Notes: generated by a model from the letters alone, not told the origin. Positions 9,717 to 19,326 are shown, counted from the stretch's first letter. The stretch is DNA of 62,611 bases from an uncultured Lentisphaeraceae bacterium (GCA_964557205.1 CAZKZI010000002.1:1-62611); one strand, 5' to 3'. Program-made: numbers and translations.

Positions 9717-10607
9717 ATGGCGGAAATAAGGGCCAACCTCGTCCACCTCGGCAGTTGCATGTGGGCGGATCCGCCGGGCCGACTGGTCTGCGAGGATGCG
9801 GAATGGCAGGCCATCACGGAACGCATGGCCGCCAAAGACTACAACATGATCCTCGTGGATCTCGGCGAAGGCGTCCGCTACGAAAGCCATCCCGAGATCG
9901 CCTCGGAGGGCGCATGGAGTGTCGGGAAGCTGCGCGGGGAACTGGCGCGGCTCAGAGGCCTCGGCCTAGAACCGATCCCGAAGATGAACTTTTCCACCGC
10001 CCACGACATCTGGCTCGGGGAATACCACCGGATGGTTTCGACGCCGGAATACTACCGCGTTTGCGGGGACTTGATCCGCGAAGCCGCGGCCATTTTCGAC
10101 AAGCCGCGCTTTTTCCACATCGGCTACGACGAAGAGGATGCCTGGAACCACGTCGGCCACGCCTATGTGGCCTTGCGGCAAGGCGAGCTCTGGTGGCACG
10201 ATCTCGATTGGTTCGTGCAGACCGTCGAGAAGGCGGGCATGCGCGCGTGGATGTGGAGCGACCACATCTGGGAGCACCGCGACGAGTTCCTAAAGCGCAT
10301 GCCGCGCAGCGTCGTGCAGTCCAACTGGTACTACGACGACGCTTTCAATTCGCGCGCCTTCCGTTGGCCGCGCGTCATGAACTATATCGACCTCGATAAG
10401 GCCGGTTTCGACCAGATTCCCACTTGCTCGAACTGCGTCTCCGACGTGAACGCAGTCGGCACGGTGGATTTCTGCCGGAAGAACCTTTTGCGGGACAGGC
10501 TGCTCGGATTCCTGCAGTCGAGCTGGCGTTTGACTACCGCCGCAAACCGGAAGAAGAACTTCGACGCCATCGACCAGCTCGCCGTAGCGGCGGCGTATGG
10601 ATCGTGA
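9717..10607 (+). CDS. GH20-like TIM-barrel hydrolase domain protein
   Basis: 296-aa ORF. FFHIGYDEED resembles the GH20 H-x-G-G-D-E catalytic strand. LEPIPKMNFSTAHDIWL resembles the GH20 'viPEid.PGH' strand. The family call is by eye only. Confidence 0.5.
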   Translation: MAEIRANLVHLGSCMWADPPGRLVCEDAEWQAITERMAAKDYNMILVDLGEGVRYESHPEIASEGAWSVGKLRGELARLRGLGLEPIPKMNFSTAHDIWLGEYHRMVSTPEYYRVCGDLIREAAAIFDKPRFFHIGYDEEDAWNHVGHAYVALRQGELWWHDLDWFVQTVEKAGMRAWMWSDHIWEHRDEFLKRMPRSVVQSNWYYDDAFNSRAFRWPRVMNYIDLDKAGFDQIPTCSNCVSDVNAVGTVDFCRKNLLRDRLLGFLQSSWRLTTAANRKKNFDAIDQLAVAAAYGS

Positions 10608-10620
10608 AGGGAAAATTACA

Positions 10621-12312
10621 ATGACGCAGCATTTCCATTGGATCAACTGGGCGATCGTGGGGGCATCTCTTTCGGCTGTCGTTTTCGCCGCGGCGGCGGA
10701 CGTGAAAGAATGGAAATTCCCGGACGGAAAGGACTTCGTACGCGTGTTGCCAGCCGAGGAACAGCCGGACTACCGCGACGGGTTCCGCGTGACGGCTGAT
10801 TTCATCTGCGACTTCGAGGCGTTCGACAAACAGAAGTGTTTCGGCAACATCGTCACCAAAGGACGCGACTTCGACCAGTCGTTCAGCGTGATGATCCGCA
10901 AGAGCGGCGATCTGCTGGTGGACCTGAAGGGGTGCGACCCCGAGTACGAGATCGTCGAGCTCGGGCTCAAGTCCGGCGAACGCTACCGCCTGGAAGTCGT
11001 TGTCGTGCCGAACGCCGTGTACGTTTCACTCGACGGCAAGGTGTGCGGCGGCTACGCCACGGCGGGTGAATTCCGATTCGATCCGAAGCTGCTGATCCAC
11101 GTAGGGCAGCTCGGCGGCTACAAATTCGAGGGAAAGCTTTTTTCCGTTTCGCTCGAAGCGCTGACGCCGCAGGCCGCGAAGGAGAGCGAGCCGACGTCGG
11201 ATTTCGCCCCGCCCGCGCATCAGGCGCGCGCGGAGGTGTACTGGACTAAGCCGATCTGCGTGGAAACCAACCGCTACATCGGCTGGCCGACCGTGTGTCG
11301 GCTCAAAAATGACGATCTGCTTGCTGTGTTCTCCGGCGACCGCGACGCGCACGCGTGCCCATGGGGAAAAGTACAAGCCGTGCGTTCGGCGGACGACGGT
11401 GAAACCTGGAGCGCCCCCACGACGGTGGCGAACGGCCCGCTCGACGACCGCGACGCCGGCGTGGTCGTCTTCCCCGACGGCGAAATCATCGTCACGTATT
11501 TCACCTCCGTCGCCTACCGGTCGAAGAAGTTCCTCAAGACGGACTGGCCGCGTGACGATCCGCACTACTGGTGGAAGCGTCACGACGACAAGATCTCAGC
11601 CAAGACGCGCAAAGAGGCGCTCGGCTATTTCCTCGTCAGGTCGAAGGACGACGGGCGCACGTGGGGCGAACCCGAGAAGATGACGCTCGACGCGCACGCG
11701 CCCCACGGACCGATCCTCCTGAAGGACGGTGGTCTCTTCCAGTTCGGGCTCGTGCAGTCCGCCGACGGCAACTGCCTCATCCGCGCGATGCGCTCCGACG
11801 ACCGCGGCCGCACCTGGCGCACGGTCTGCCGGGAAATCGGGCATTCGGGCCGCAACAAACTCGGTTATGCGATCTACGACGAACCGCATGCGGCGGAACT
11901 CCCGGACGGCACATTCGTGGGCTTCGTGAGGAACAACTGCGATTCAAGCCCCATGGTCATGCAGCGCACCCTCTCGACGGACGGCGGGTGCACGTGGACG
12001 CCGTTCGAATCCTCCGGGCTCGTGGGCCTGCCGCCGCATCTGACGGCGCTCGGCGGCAAGCGGGTGCTCTGCGTCTATGGTCGGCGCGAAAGGGCATTCG
12101 GCTTCGGCGAGTTCGCGGCTTTGTCGGACGACGGCGGCGCCACGTGGGACGCGGCGCACGAAATCACGCTTGCGCGTTCGCACTGCGGCGATCTCGGCTA
12201 TCCCTCGACGGCGGTTCTGCCGGACGGCAAACTCGTCACGGTTTATTATCAGCAACGGATTCCGGGCGAACGCCCTTGCCTCATGGCCACGAAGTGGCGC
12301 GTGACAAAATGA
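10621..12312 (+). CDS. LamG-like domain + BNR/Asp-box (sialidase-fold) protein, paralogue of 7476..9200
   Basis: Lies within ORF 10597..12312. ATG 10621 avoids overlap with the upstream stop and gives a hydrophobic N-terminus (WINWAIVGASLSAVVFAAAA). Asp-boxes are SADDGETW, SKDDGRTW, SDDRGRTW, STDGGCTW, SDDGGATW. Long collinear identity to 7476..9200 is visible (for example DWPRDDPHYWWKRHD in both). Confidence 0.85.
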   Translation: MTQHFHWINWAIVGASLSAVVFAAAADVKEWKFPDGKDFVRVLPAEEQPDYRDGFRVTADFICDFEAFDKQKCFGNIVTKGRDFDQSFSVMIRKSGDLLVDLKGCDPEYEIVELGLKSGERYRLEVVVVPNAVYVSLDGKVCGGYATAGEFRFDPKLLIHVGQLGGYKFEGKLFSVSLEALTPQAAKESEPTSDFAPPAHQARAEVYWTKPICVETNRYIGWPTVCRLKNDDLLAVFSGDRDAHACPWGKVQAVRSADDGETWSAPTTVANGPLDDRDAGVVVFPDGEIIVTYFTSVAYRSKKFLKTDWPRDDPHYWWKRHDDKISAKTRKEALGYFLVRSKDDGRTWGEPEKMTLDAHAPHGPILLKDGGLFQFGLVQSADGNCLIRAMRSDDRGRTWRTVCREIGHSGRNKLGYAIYDEPHAAELPDGTFVGFVRNNCDSSPMVMQRTLSTDGGCTWTPFESSGLVGLPPHLTALGGKRVLCVYGRRERAFGFGEFAALSDDGGATWDAAHEITLARSHCGDLGYPSTAVLPDGKLVTVYYQQRIPGERPCLMATKWRVTK

Positions 12313-13508
12313 AAGGACCCCCAATGAAAAAGATCGAAAGAATTTCCGCGCTCGAGCGCGAATACGTGAAACAGGTGCTGGACGGCCAGTTCAAGAGCGC
12401 CAGGAACTACTGCATGGTGACGCAGTTAGAAAAGGAATTCGCCACCAAGATTGGCGCGAAATACGCGATCGCGATGGTGAACGGCACGGCGACCTTGCAC
12501 TGCGCTCTTGAAGTGGCGGGTGTCGGCGAGGGAGACGAGGTGATCTGCCCGCCCTTGACTATGGCGAGCACCAACATGTGTATCCTTCACGTGGGCGCGA
12601 CGCCTGTCTTCGCGGACGTCGACCCCGATACGTTCACGATCTCCCCCGCGTCGATCGCGGCGAAGATCACACCGCGCACAAAGGCGATCATCCCCGTGCC
12701 GCTCTATGGCCTCCCCTGCGATATCGACGCGATCATGGCGATCGCCGCGAAGAACAATCTCACGGTGATCGAGGACGCCGCACAGTGCTTCCTCGGCAAG
12801 TACAAGGGCCGCACCGTAGGACATACCGCCCACATGTCGTCTTTCAGCTTCCAGGCCTCGAAACACATGACCTGCGGCGAAGGCGGCATAGTCACGACCA
12901 ACGACCCCGATCTCGCGCTCAAACTGCGGCGCTATTCAGGCCTCGGCTACGGCTCGATCGGCCTCGAGAAGAGCCGCATCACGAAGGAGGACATTCAAAG
13001 TCCCACCTTCGAGCGCCACGTCATCATGGGATGGAACTACCGTCCGTCTGATCTCTGCGGCGCGGTGGCACTCGCGCAGCTGCAGCGTCTCGACGAACTC
13101 GTCGAAATGCGCGTCTTGGCGGCGAAGCATTTCCTTGAGGCGGTGAAGCCCTTCGGCTGGCTCAAGCCGCAGGCCGAGCCGGAGGGCTACGTCAATTCTT
13201 GGTGGGCCTACGTGATGGCGTTCGACGTAAAGAAGGTGGACTGGTTCACGTTCCGGAATAAGTTCAGGGAACTTGGCGGCGACGGCGTGTACGGCGCATG
13301 GATGCTCGGCTATCTCGAGCCCATGTACCGGAACCGCAAGTTCCTCGGCCGCGAGAAAAAAATCGGCGGCGATTTTGCGAAAGGAATTTGTCCCGTGGCT
13401 GAAGACCTCCAGCCGCGTCTGCTGCAGTTCAAGACCAACTACTTCGACGAAGCGGACGCCGTCCGCCAGGCGGAGATTCTCCGTAAGACCTGCGAATTCT
13501 TCGACTGA
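12309..13508 (+). CDS. DegT/DnrJ/EryC1/StrS-family PLP-dependent aminotransferase
   Basis: ATG 12309 overlaps the upstream TGA (ATGA); an alternative ATG lies at 12324. The sequence is typical of the family (VNGTATLHCALEVAGVGEGDEVICPPLT) and has the PLP-lysine motif SFQASKHMTCGEGG. Confidence 0.85.
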   Translation: MKGPPMKKIERISALEREYVKQVLDGQFKSARNYCMVTQLEKEFATKIGAKYAIAMVNGTATLHCALEVAGVGEGDEVICPPLTMASTNMCILHVGATPVFADVDPDTFTISPASIAAKITPRTKAIIPVPLYGLPCDIDAIMAIAAKNNLTVIEDAAQCFLGKYKGRTVGHTAHMSSFSFQASKHMTCGEGGIVTTNDPDLALKLRRYSGLGYGSIGLEKSRITKEDIQSPTFERHVIMGWNYRPSDLCGAVALAQLQRLDELVEMRVLAAKHFLEAVKPFGWLKPQAEPEGYVNSWWAYVMAFDVKKVDWFTFRNKFRELGGDGVYGAWMLGYLEPMYRNRKFLGREKKIGGDFAKGICPVAEDLQPRLLQFKTNYFDEADAVRQAEILRKTCEFFD

Positions 13509-13517
13509 GGCGTGCGC

Positions 13518-13625
13518 ATGAAGAATCTGTTTGATCTCACGGGCAAAGTCGTGGCAATCACCGGCGGCGCCGGCGGGACGGCAGGATCACGGCAGAACTT
13601 TTCGAAACGGAGAAGTCAGAACTGA
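13518..13625 (+). pseudogene. 5' stump of a short-chain dehydrogenase/reductase gene
   Basis: ATG 13518 gives MKNLFDLTGKVVAITGGAGG, a classic SDR Rossmann start (TGxxxGxG). The sequence then diverges and stops after 35 codons (TGA 13623-13625). Confidence 0.5.
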
Positions 13626-13654
13626 ACCCGCTTCCGGCACAGAAGGCGCATTTT

Positions 13655-13691
13655 TTGGAGGGCGTTTTCTTTGAGGGATCTGGCGGCGGGG
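13655..13691. repeat. short interspersed motif, copy 1 (TTGGAGGGCGTTTTCTTTGAGGGATCTGGCGGCGGGG)
   Basis: Near-identical to 21113..21153 (TTGGAAGGCGTTTTCTTTCTTTGAGGGATCTGACGGCGGGG). Confidence 0.7.
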
Positions 13692-13841
13692 CGCGACAAC
13701 GGGCTTGCCGTTGAGAATGTCGGAGACCTGTCCCCTTGTTTGTTCTGAAAGAAAACACCCTTGCAGACTGCGGTGTGCGATGTGATAATTCAGCGGTAAT
13801 AGAATACGCGTGCAGGTCAACTTTGGAATTAAAGGGAGCGA

Positions 13842-16649
13842 ATGAAAAAGACGCTTTGGCTGTTAGTTTGGATGGTGGGAATTGCCTGTGCGGAAATGAA
13901 GCCGATACCGACCAGCGGGCCCGGCTGGCAGGGCGATCCGTTGACGTGGAAGTTTCGCCAAGACGGCATACATTGCACGCTGTCGAATGTCAACGGGATC
14001 GCCGTATACCGCGCGTCGCCGCTGGCATCGAAGGTAACGGTTGAGACCGTCTTCACGCCACAGAAGGCTCCGGGCTTGAACTGGAATGTGGCTGCTGTCG
14101 CCATCGTGGCCGACGAACGCAATTTCTGGCACCTCGCGTTGGTACAGACGCCGCCCGAACAAGGCTGCAAGCCCATGTTCGAACTCACAGAGATGCGCGA
14201 CGGGGAGTGGCTGGCGCAGAGCAATTTGAAGTTGGAGATCAACGAGGAAAGTGGCCAAAAGTGGGCCTTCGGTCAGTCCTATCGTCTGAAGCTGAACTTG
14301 GACAAAAGCGGCATTACGGGAACGATTGCGACGTCCAGCGGAAACCAGATTCTGCGGAAGCGGTTTGCCTTCACGGACGTTGCCGTTAAATGTGGTAGGC
14401 CCGCCGTGCGCATCAATGGTTTCACGGGAACGTTTGCGGAAATTCGCGCTGAGTCGGACGAGCCAATGGCTGATGTGAAAGTGGATGCTGCGTTTCCCGT
14501 CTATGCCATGGAAAACACGGTGCCGGGGATCACCGACCAAGCGACTGGTTTCTTCCATGTTGCGCAGAAACCGGACGGTCGCTGGTGGGCCATCGATCCG
14601 CTCGGACGCGGCGTTGTGCTGATGGGTGTCGACCATGTGACGTTTCATGGGCACTGGTGCGAGAAGCTGGGGTACAGTCCACACGCAAAGAAGAACGAGA
14701 AGAAGTACACTGACCATGCGGAGTGGGAAAGCGAGACGCTGGGTCGGCTGAAGACATGGGGTTTCACTATGCTCGGCGCGGGATGCGATTCGAAGCTTAA
14801 ACACCGTGGTCTGGTGCACACCGAGTTTCTCGGCATCGGCGACCACCTCGCGACGCTGGGCGACGAATATGACATCACGCCAAACGAGCGTCGGCCCTGT
14901 TCGTCGTTTCCAAACGTGTTTCATCCCGATTTCGAGGCGCACTGCCAATATCGTGTGCAACAGAGCTGCGTGCCGAATCGTAACGACCCTTGGCTGTTTG
15001 GATACTTCATTGATAACGAGTTGGCGTGGTGGGGCCGCGGCGGTTCCGAGACCGGACTGTTTGACGCGGTTATGAAAAAAAGCGCGACGCATACGGCCAA
15101 GATCGCCCTGCGCGATTTTTTGGCGCGGCAGGCGGAAAACGACGTGGCCAAGTTCAACGGCCTGTGGGGAACCCAACTCAAGGGCTTTGATGAGATTTTG
15201 GCGCTGAAGGCCTTGCCGGTTGCGAACGATGCGCAGCGGGTAGTGAAGCGCGATTTTCTGCGCTTTGCGGCGGATCGCTACTTCTCTGTCACGACGCGCG
15301 CAATCCGCGAGGCGGACCCGAACCATCTGGTGCTAGGCGCACGTTTCGCGGGAACAAGCGGTGCCGATCCTGTGGTGTGGGAGGTGTCCGGCAAATACTG
15401 CGACGTGGTGACCTTCAACTGTTATCCCATGGCCGATCTGGACGAGGGCCGCGTCTACACGCACTTCGGCAAAGGCGGCGAGTTGGTGACCGAGCACTTC
15501 GCCAAATTCTACGACACTGTGAAGCGGCCGATGCTGATCACTGAATGGTCCTTTCCCGCGTTAGACGCCGGGTTGCCGAGCGTGCATGGCGCGGGACAGC
15601 GCTTCCGCACGCAGGCTGAGCGCACGGCAGCGACGAGTCTGTTCGCACGCACGATGCTGAGTTTGCCGTTCTTGCTGGGCTACGACTATTTCATGTGGGT
15701 GGACGAGCCCGCGTTGGGTATCAGCACGCCGTTTCCTGAGGATTCCAACTACGGGCTTATCAACGAGGACGGTGTGCCTTACCCGCTTTTGACCGAGATG
15801 TTCACGGCGCTGCAACGCGAGGCGGGCGTTTGGCGCTTCAAGTCTGCTCCCGAGGCGAAACAGACGCTGAAAACCGGTCCGCTGCCAACTGCGATGTCGG
15901 TTGCGCGCGCGGCGGCGACGGGCGAAACGAAAGCGTTCTTTGTGCGCGAAGGCGACATGTTCCGCGCGGGCAACGGACGGATCGAGCTTTCCGGTGCTTT
16001 GGGCGGCGGCAACCTTGTGCGGCGCGTGACGCTCGACGGCGCGGAGAAACCGATCGGGCAGTACAATGCGCTGATCCAAACGTTGAACGCGAACGGGCAG
16101 AACCGCTGGACCGATACGCGGACGGTGAAGGCCGTCGTTGGGTGTGTGGATGAGGGCGTCGCGGTGGTGGAGGTGACGGGCGCGACAGAGGGCTCGGAAA
16201 GTTTCGAGGTGACGCACCGTCTGATTCTACCGCCCGGAACGCCGTGGTTCATCAGCGAGGTGGTGAGCGTGAAAAACACGGGAACGGGACCGCTCAAGCT
16301 GAACGGGATATTCTTCCGATTGTACAGCGACTTCAAAGACGTGCCTGAAGAATTGCCACCGAATCTATGGGGCATGCCGACGGCGAGCTGTTGGCTGGAC
16401 AGCAAGGACGGACGCTTTTTTGGCGCGGTGGCGTTCAGGCGGTCCGATCTGCAAATTCACTTCTGGGTGGATGAAAATGGCTGTGGCGCGCATCCCGATG
16501 CGAGACTGGCGATAGTTGAAACGGCGGTTGTTCCGGGTGCGGTCTGGATGCCAGCGGAACCGGTCTATCTGATTTGCACGGCTGGAACCGGCGGCAGCGT
16601 GGCGTGGCTGAAGTGCGCGCAAGAGCTTGGTGTGATTCTCGGGCGTTAG
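13842..16649 (+). CDS. secreted glycoside hydrolase-like protein (clan GH-A-type TIM barrel plus accessory domains)
   Basis: ATG 13842 follows AAAGGGAG and gives signal peptide [28 protein letters not shown] is a candidate N-E acid/base strand. [12 protein letters not shown] is a candidate nucleophile Glu strand. FMWVDEP...[12 protein letters not shown] is typical of GH42/GH50-like enzymes. The exact family is not determined. Confidence 0.6.
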   Translation: MKKTLWLLVWMVGIACAEMKPIPTSGPGWQGDPLTWKFRQDGIHCTLSNVNGIAVYRASPLASKVTVETVFTPQKAPGLNWNVAAVAIVADERNFWHLALVQTPPEQGCKPMFELTEMRDGEWLAQSNLKLEINEESGQKWAFGQSYRLKLNLDKSGITGTIATSSGNQILRKRFAFTDVAVKCGRPAVRINGFTGTFAEIRAESDEPMADVKVDAAFPVYAMENTVPGITDQATGFFHVAQKPDGRWWAIDPLGRGVVLMGVDHVTFHGHWCEKLGYSPHAKKNEKKYTDHAEWESETLGRLKTWGFTMLGAGCDSKLKHRGLVHTEFLGIGDHLATLGDEYDITPNERRPCSSFPNVFHPDFEAHCQYRVQQSCVPNRNDPWLFGYFIDNELAWWGRGGSETGLFDAVMKKSATHTAKIALRDFLARQAENDVAKFNGLWGTQLKGFDEILALKALPVANDAQRVVKRDFLRFAADRYFSVTTRAIREADPNHLVLGARFAGTSGADPVVWEVSGKYCDVVTFNCYPMADLDEGRVYTHFGKGGELVTEHFAKFYDTVKRPMLITEWSFPALDAGLPSVHGAGQRFRTQAERTAATSLFARTMLSLPFLLGYDYFMWVDEPALGISTPFPEDSNYGLINEDGVPYPLLTEMFTALQREAGVWRFKSAPEAKQTLKTGPLPTAMSVARAAATGETKAFFVREGDMFRAGNGRIELSGALGGGNLVRRVTLDGAEKPIGQYNALIQTLNANGQNRWTDTRTVKAVVGCVDEGVAVVEVTGATEGSESFEVTHRLILPPGTPWFISEVVSVKNTGTGPLKLNGIFFRLYSDFKDVPEELPPNLWGMPTASCWLDSKDGRFFGAVAFRRSDLQIHFWVDENGCGAHPDARLAIVETAVVPGAVWMPAEPVYLICTAGTGGSVAWLKCAQELGVILGR

Positions 16650-16731
16650 AACCATTGAAATCAGACACAACCATGGAGGCAACAAAGATGAAGAAGAACA
16701 GAAATGCAGTGCAAGGAAGGAGCGAAGAACA

Positions 16732-17106
16732 ATGACAGCAAGAAAACAAGTCTACAAATGCAACGTATGTGGCAACATCGTCGAGGTTTTAGATAGTGGC
16801 GAGGGCGAACTCGTCTGCTGCGGCGAACCGATGCAGATTCAGACTGAGAATACCGTGGATGCGGCACGCGAGAAGCATGTGCCGGTGATCGAGAAGATCG
16901 ATGGTGGCGTGAAGGTGAAGGTCGGCAGCGTCGCGCATCCCATGGATGACAAGCATTGGATCGAGTGGATCGAAGTGATTGCCGATGGCAAGAGCTATCG
17001 TCAATTCCTCAAACCCGGCCAGGCGCCTGAAGCGGTGTTTGCGATCACGGCCCAAGAGATTACGGCCCGCGAGTACTGCAGTTTGCACGGGCTGTGGAAG
17101 GGGTAA
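16732..17106 (+). CDS. dfx: desulfoferrodoxin (superoxide reductase)
   Basis: 124 aa with RBS AAGGAAGGAG. It has the N-terminal desulforedoxin-like Cys cluster ([12 protein letters not shown]...LVCCGEPM) and a C-terminal SOR centre II region ([27 protein letters not shown]). Confidence 0.9.
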   Translation: MTARKQVYKCNVCGNIVEVLDSGEGELVCCGEPMQIQTENTVDAAREKHVPVIEKIDGGVKVKVGSVAHPMDDKHWIEWIEVIADGKSYRQFLKPGQAPEAVFAITAQEITAREYCSLHGLWKG

Positions 17107-17196
17107 TCCGTTTGAGACAGATTGCTTTATCATGCAAAATAGAGTACCCTAAAAGCCGTGTTGGCGTTGAACAATGTATGAAACATCAGGAGTACC

Positions 17197-17769
17197 ATGA
17201 ATCGATTATTGGCAATCGGGATGATGGCAGGATTGATGGGGTGTGTAAGCTCCGAGAACGATGAGGCTACTGTGACCAATATCTACGATTTAACGATGCA
17301 GGACATTGATGGGGAAGCCGTGTGCCTTGGAGCTTTTAAGGGCAAGGTCTTATTGATTGTCAACGTGGCCAGCAAATGTGGTTTTACTGGGCAGTACGAG
17401 GGATTGGAGCAACTCTACAAGACATACAAAGACCAAGGCCTTGTCATTCTTGGTTTTCCGGCGAACAACTTCATGAGGCAAGAGCCGGGAACAGAGGCCG
17501 AAATCAAAAACTTCTGCACGCTGACCTATGGTGTAACCTTCCCGATGTTTGCGAAGATTTCGGTGAGGGGCAAAGACATCCACCCGCTCTATCAGTTCCT
17601 GACCTCGAAGGCAGACAACGCACAATTTGGCGGCCGGATCTCTTGGAACTTCAACAAGTTTCTGGTTTCGCGGACTGGCGCAATCATCGGGCGGTTCGGT
17701 AGCCGTACGAAGCCCGACGACAAAGCACTCGTCGCGGCGGTAGAAGCAGCGCTCAAGGCACCCAACTAA
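17197..17769 (+). CDS. gpx: glutathione peroxidase family protein (Cys-type), lipoprotein-like signal
   Basis: Motifs VASKCGFT, LGFPANNF and WNFNKFLV are present. The N-terminus is MMAGLMGC. The active-site residue is encoded by TGT (Cys), not TGA. Confidence 0.9.
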   Translation: MNRLLAIGMMAGLMGCVSSENDEATVTNIYDLTMQDIDGEAVCLGAFKGKVLLIVNVASKCGFTGQYEGLEQLYKTYKDQGLVILGFPANNFMRQEPGTEAEIKNFCTLTYGVTFPMFAKISVRGKDIHPLYQFLTSKADNAQFGGRISWNFNKFLVSRTGAIIGRFGSRTKPDDKALVAAVEAALKAPN

Positions 17770-17777
17770 GGGATGTC

Positions 17778-17909
17778 ATGGACAAAATCCGGCTCGGTGT
17801 CAGCAAATGCTTTCTCGGCGAAGTGGTCCGCTACGACGGTTAGCACAAACACGGTCACTTCATCACCGACCCGATCGAGTTGAAACTCCGCACCCATGCA
17901 TCGCGGTAG
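17778..17909 (+). pseudogene. DUF523-like gene remnant with an in-frame TAG
   Basis: MDKIRLGVSKCFLGEVVRYDG-TAG-HKHGHFITD matches the conserved DUF523 N-terminus (IG.SACLLGE.VRYDGGHK). The stop at 17841-17843 replaces the Gly. The frame ends at 17907-17909, exactly where base composition drops. Confidence 0.45.
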
Positions 17910-18066
17910 TATTATTAAATTACCAGTCCCTTTATATGAATTTTGACACTGCAGATGATGAAGAGAAGTTCACTGAGGGGATTCTTGCGGTTCCCGTGGT
18001 TGCATAGGCGACACGTTTATGACAAGCACTCCCCAATTCAGGATTTGAAAGGAAAGGCGGCTCGAC

Positions 18067-18447
18067 ATGAGTGAAGCTGCAGTGATTCCGGTGGAACGGA
18101 TTGAGAGGGCTATCTATCTGATACGCGGGCTCAAGGTTATGCTGGACGGGGATTTGGCCGCACTGTACGGTGTGGCTACCAAGCGGCTGAAGGAACAGGT
18201 GCGCCGAAACAGCGACCGGTTCCCGGACGACTTCATGTTTGTCCTTGATAGGCAAGAGTTTGCGACTTTGAGGTCGCAATTTGCGACCTCAAAGTCTGAA
18301 TCTCGCGGCGGTACGCAGTATCTTCCCATGGCCTTTACCGAACAGGGCGTGGCGATGCTCTCGACCGTGCTGAACAGCAAGCGCGACCTCGGCCCCCGGG
18401 GGGTGCTGACGGTGGAGGGGACGGGCGTCATAGGAGCTATTCGCTGA
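18067..18447 (+). CDS. ORF6N (KilA-N-related) domain protein, C-terminus probably truncated
   Basis: IERAIYLIRGLKVMLDGDLAALYGV.TKRLKEQVRRNSDRFPDDFMF.L...EF..LRSQFATSK...RGGTQYLPMAFTEQGVAMLSTVLNSKR is the ORF6N signature. The sequence after LNSKR does not continue as in family members. Confidence 0.7.
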   Translation: MSEAAVIPVERIERAIYLIRGLKVMLDGDLAALYGVATKRLKEQVRRNSDRFPDDFMFVLDRQEFATLRSQFATSKSESRGGTQYLPMAFTEQGVAMLSTVLNSKRDLGPRGVLTVEGTGVIGAIR

Positions 18448-18684
18448 AAAGTGTTTCCTCGTGTTGGTGTGGAAGTTGCAGCGTATTGTTTGTTACGGTG
18501 TTTTCAATTGACGAGTATCTCTGAAAGTAATGAATCTTTGGCATAAAGCTCCCCATTTAAAAATTTACCATCAATTTGGTTGCGGAAACTTGGAAATCAA
18601 CAACGCCAAGAAGAAGGGCCCATTCAATGCGATGCCGGGCGAATTTCGCACGGTTCTGTCATCACCGCAGCACTTGTAGAACTG

Positions 18685-18954
18685 TTAAGCACCGACACAC
18701 AGCGCCACGGCTTGAGCTATTTCGTCAAGTTGCACCGCTTCGATCCGGCCGAGATAACGGGCGAAGCGGCGAAGGGGAACGGATTTTACCTGAAAGGCAT
18801 CAGCAGCGGACTCCTTCGAAAGACCGTTTGTTCCAGAAGGTTTCAGGTTTACCATCCAAGGTGACTCCACATACTTGGGAGACCAATCAGTGACCGGTAC
18901 CACGATGCGGAGGGGGAGACGGCCGATGGCATCCAGACTGAGAATAACGGCCGG
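18685..18954 (-). pseudogene. PemK/MazF-like toxin remnant (N-terminus missing)
   Basis: The minus-strand frame reads PAVILSLDAIGRLPLRIVVPVTDW...GLSKESAADAFQVKSVPLRRF..YLGRIEAVQLDEIAQAV, which matches the MazF core. A TAG at 18955-18957 cuts off the N-terminal strand, and no antitoxin ORF lies upstream. Confidence 0.5.
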
Positions 18955-19297
18955 CTAGTCAACGACAATTATACTTCCCTACCAGCGACAATTATAATTC
19001 CCTCTTTTTGTGTGTTTTTATTAGGTGTGTTTTTCAGCCATCAGGCTGCCTGACATTGGGTTAATGGGCGGGGAGGATGATGGGGCGGGTGTACGTTCGA
19101 GAAATTTGTCGGGTGTGTTGCCGGCAACGAAGAGATCATGAAGTGGAAGGCCTTCCTTGAAAGGCGTTACTTTGTCAGTTCAGGGTCAAACCTAAATAAG
19201 AATTCCGTTACCGAATCACGGCGTGGAACGCTCTCTTTTTGTACCTACGGCATTTTATATTACACTTCTCGTACTTTTGAATTCCCGCCGACACCAG

Positions 19298-19326
19298 TTG
19301 ACATGTTTGGAAAAAGGGCTTATTCT
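19298..19326 (+). promoter_or_regulatory. candidate sigma70-type promoter for the HEPN/SecB-like module
   Basis: TTGACA (19298-19303), a 17-nt spacer, then TATTCT (19321-19326), about 60 nt upstream of ATG 19388. Confidence 0.3.

Noticed and set aside
17350-17400. Selenocysteine recoding in the glutathione peroxidase gene.
   Set aside because: The active-site codon in VASKCGFT is TGT (Cys). There is no in-frame TGA and no need for a SECIS element.
17900-18066. A tRNA gene, integrase or att direct repeats at the island borders (also checked about 29.4-30.3 kb, 34.9-35.1 kb and 46.4-46.65 kb).
   Set aside because: I could not find a tRNA-like T-arm or acceptor pattern, a tyrosine or serine recombinase ORF, or matching border repeats by eye. 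Absence by visual inspection is weak evidence, so tRNAscan and a repeat finder should be run.
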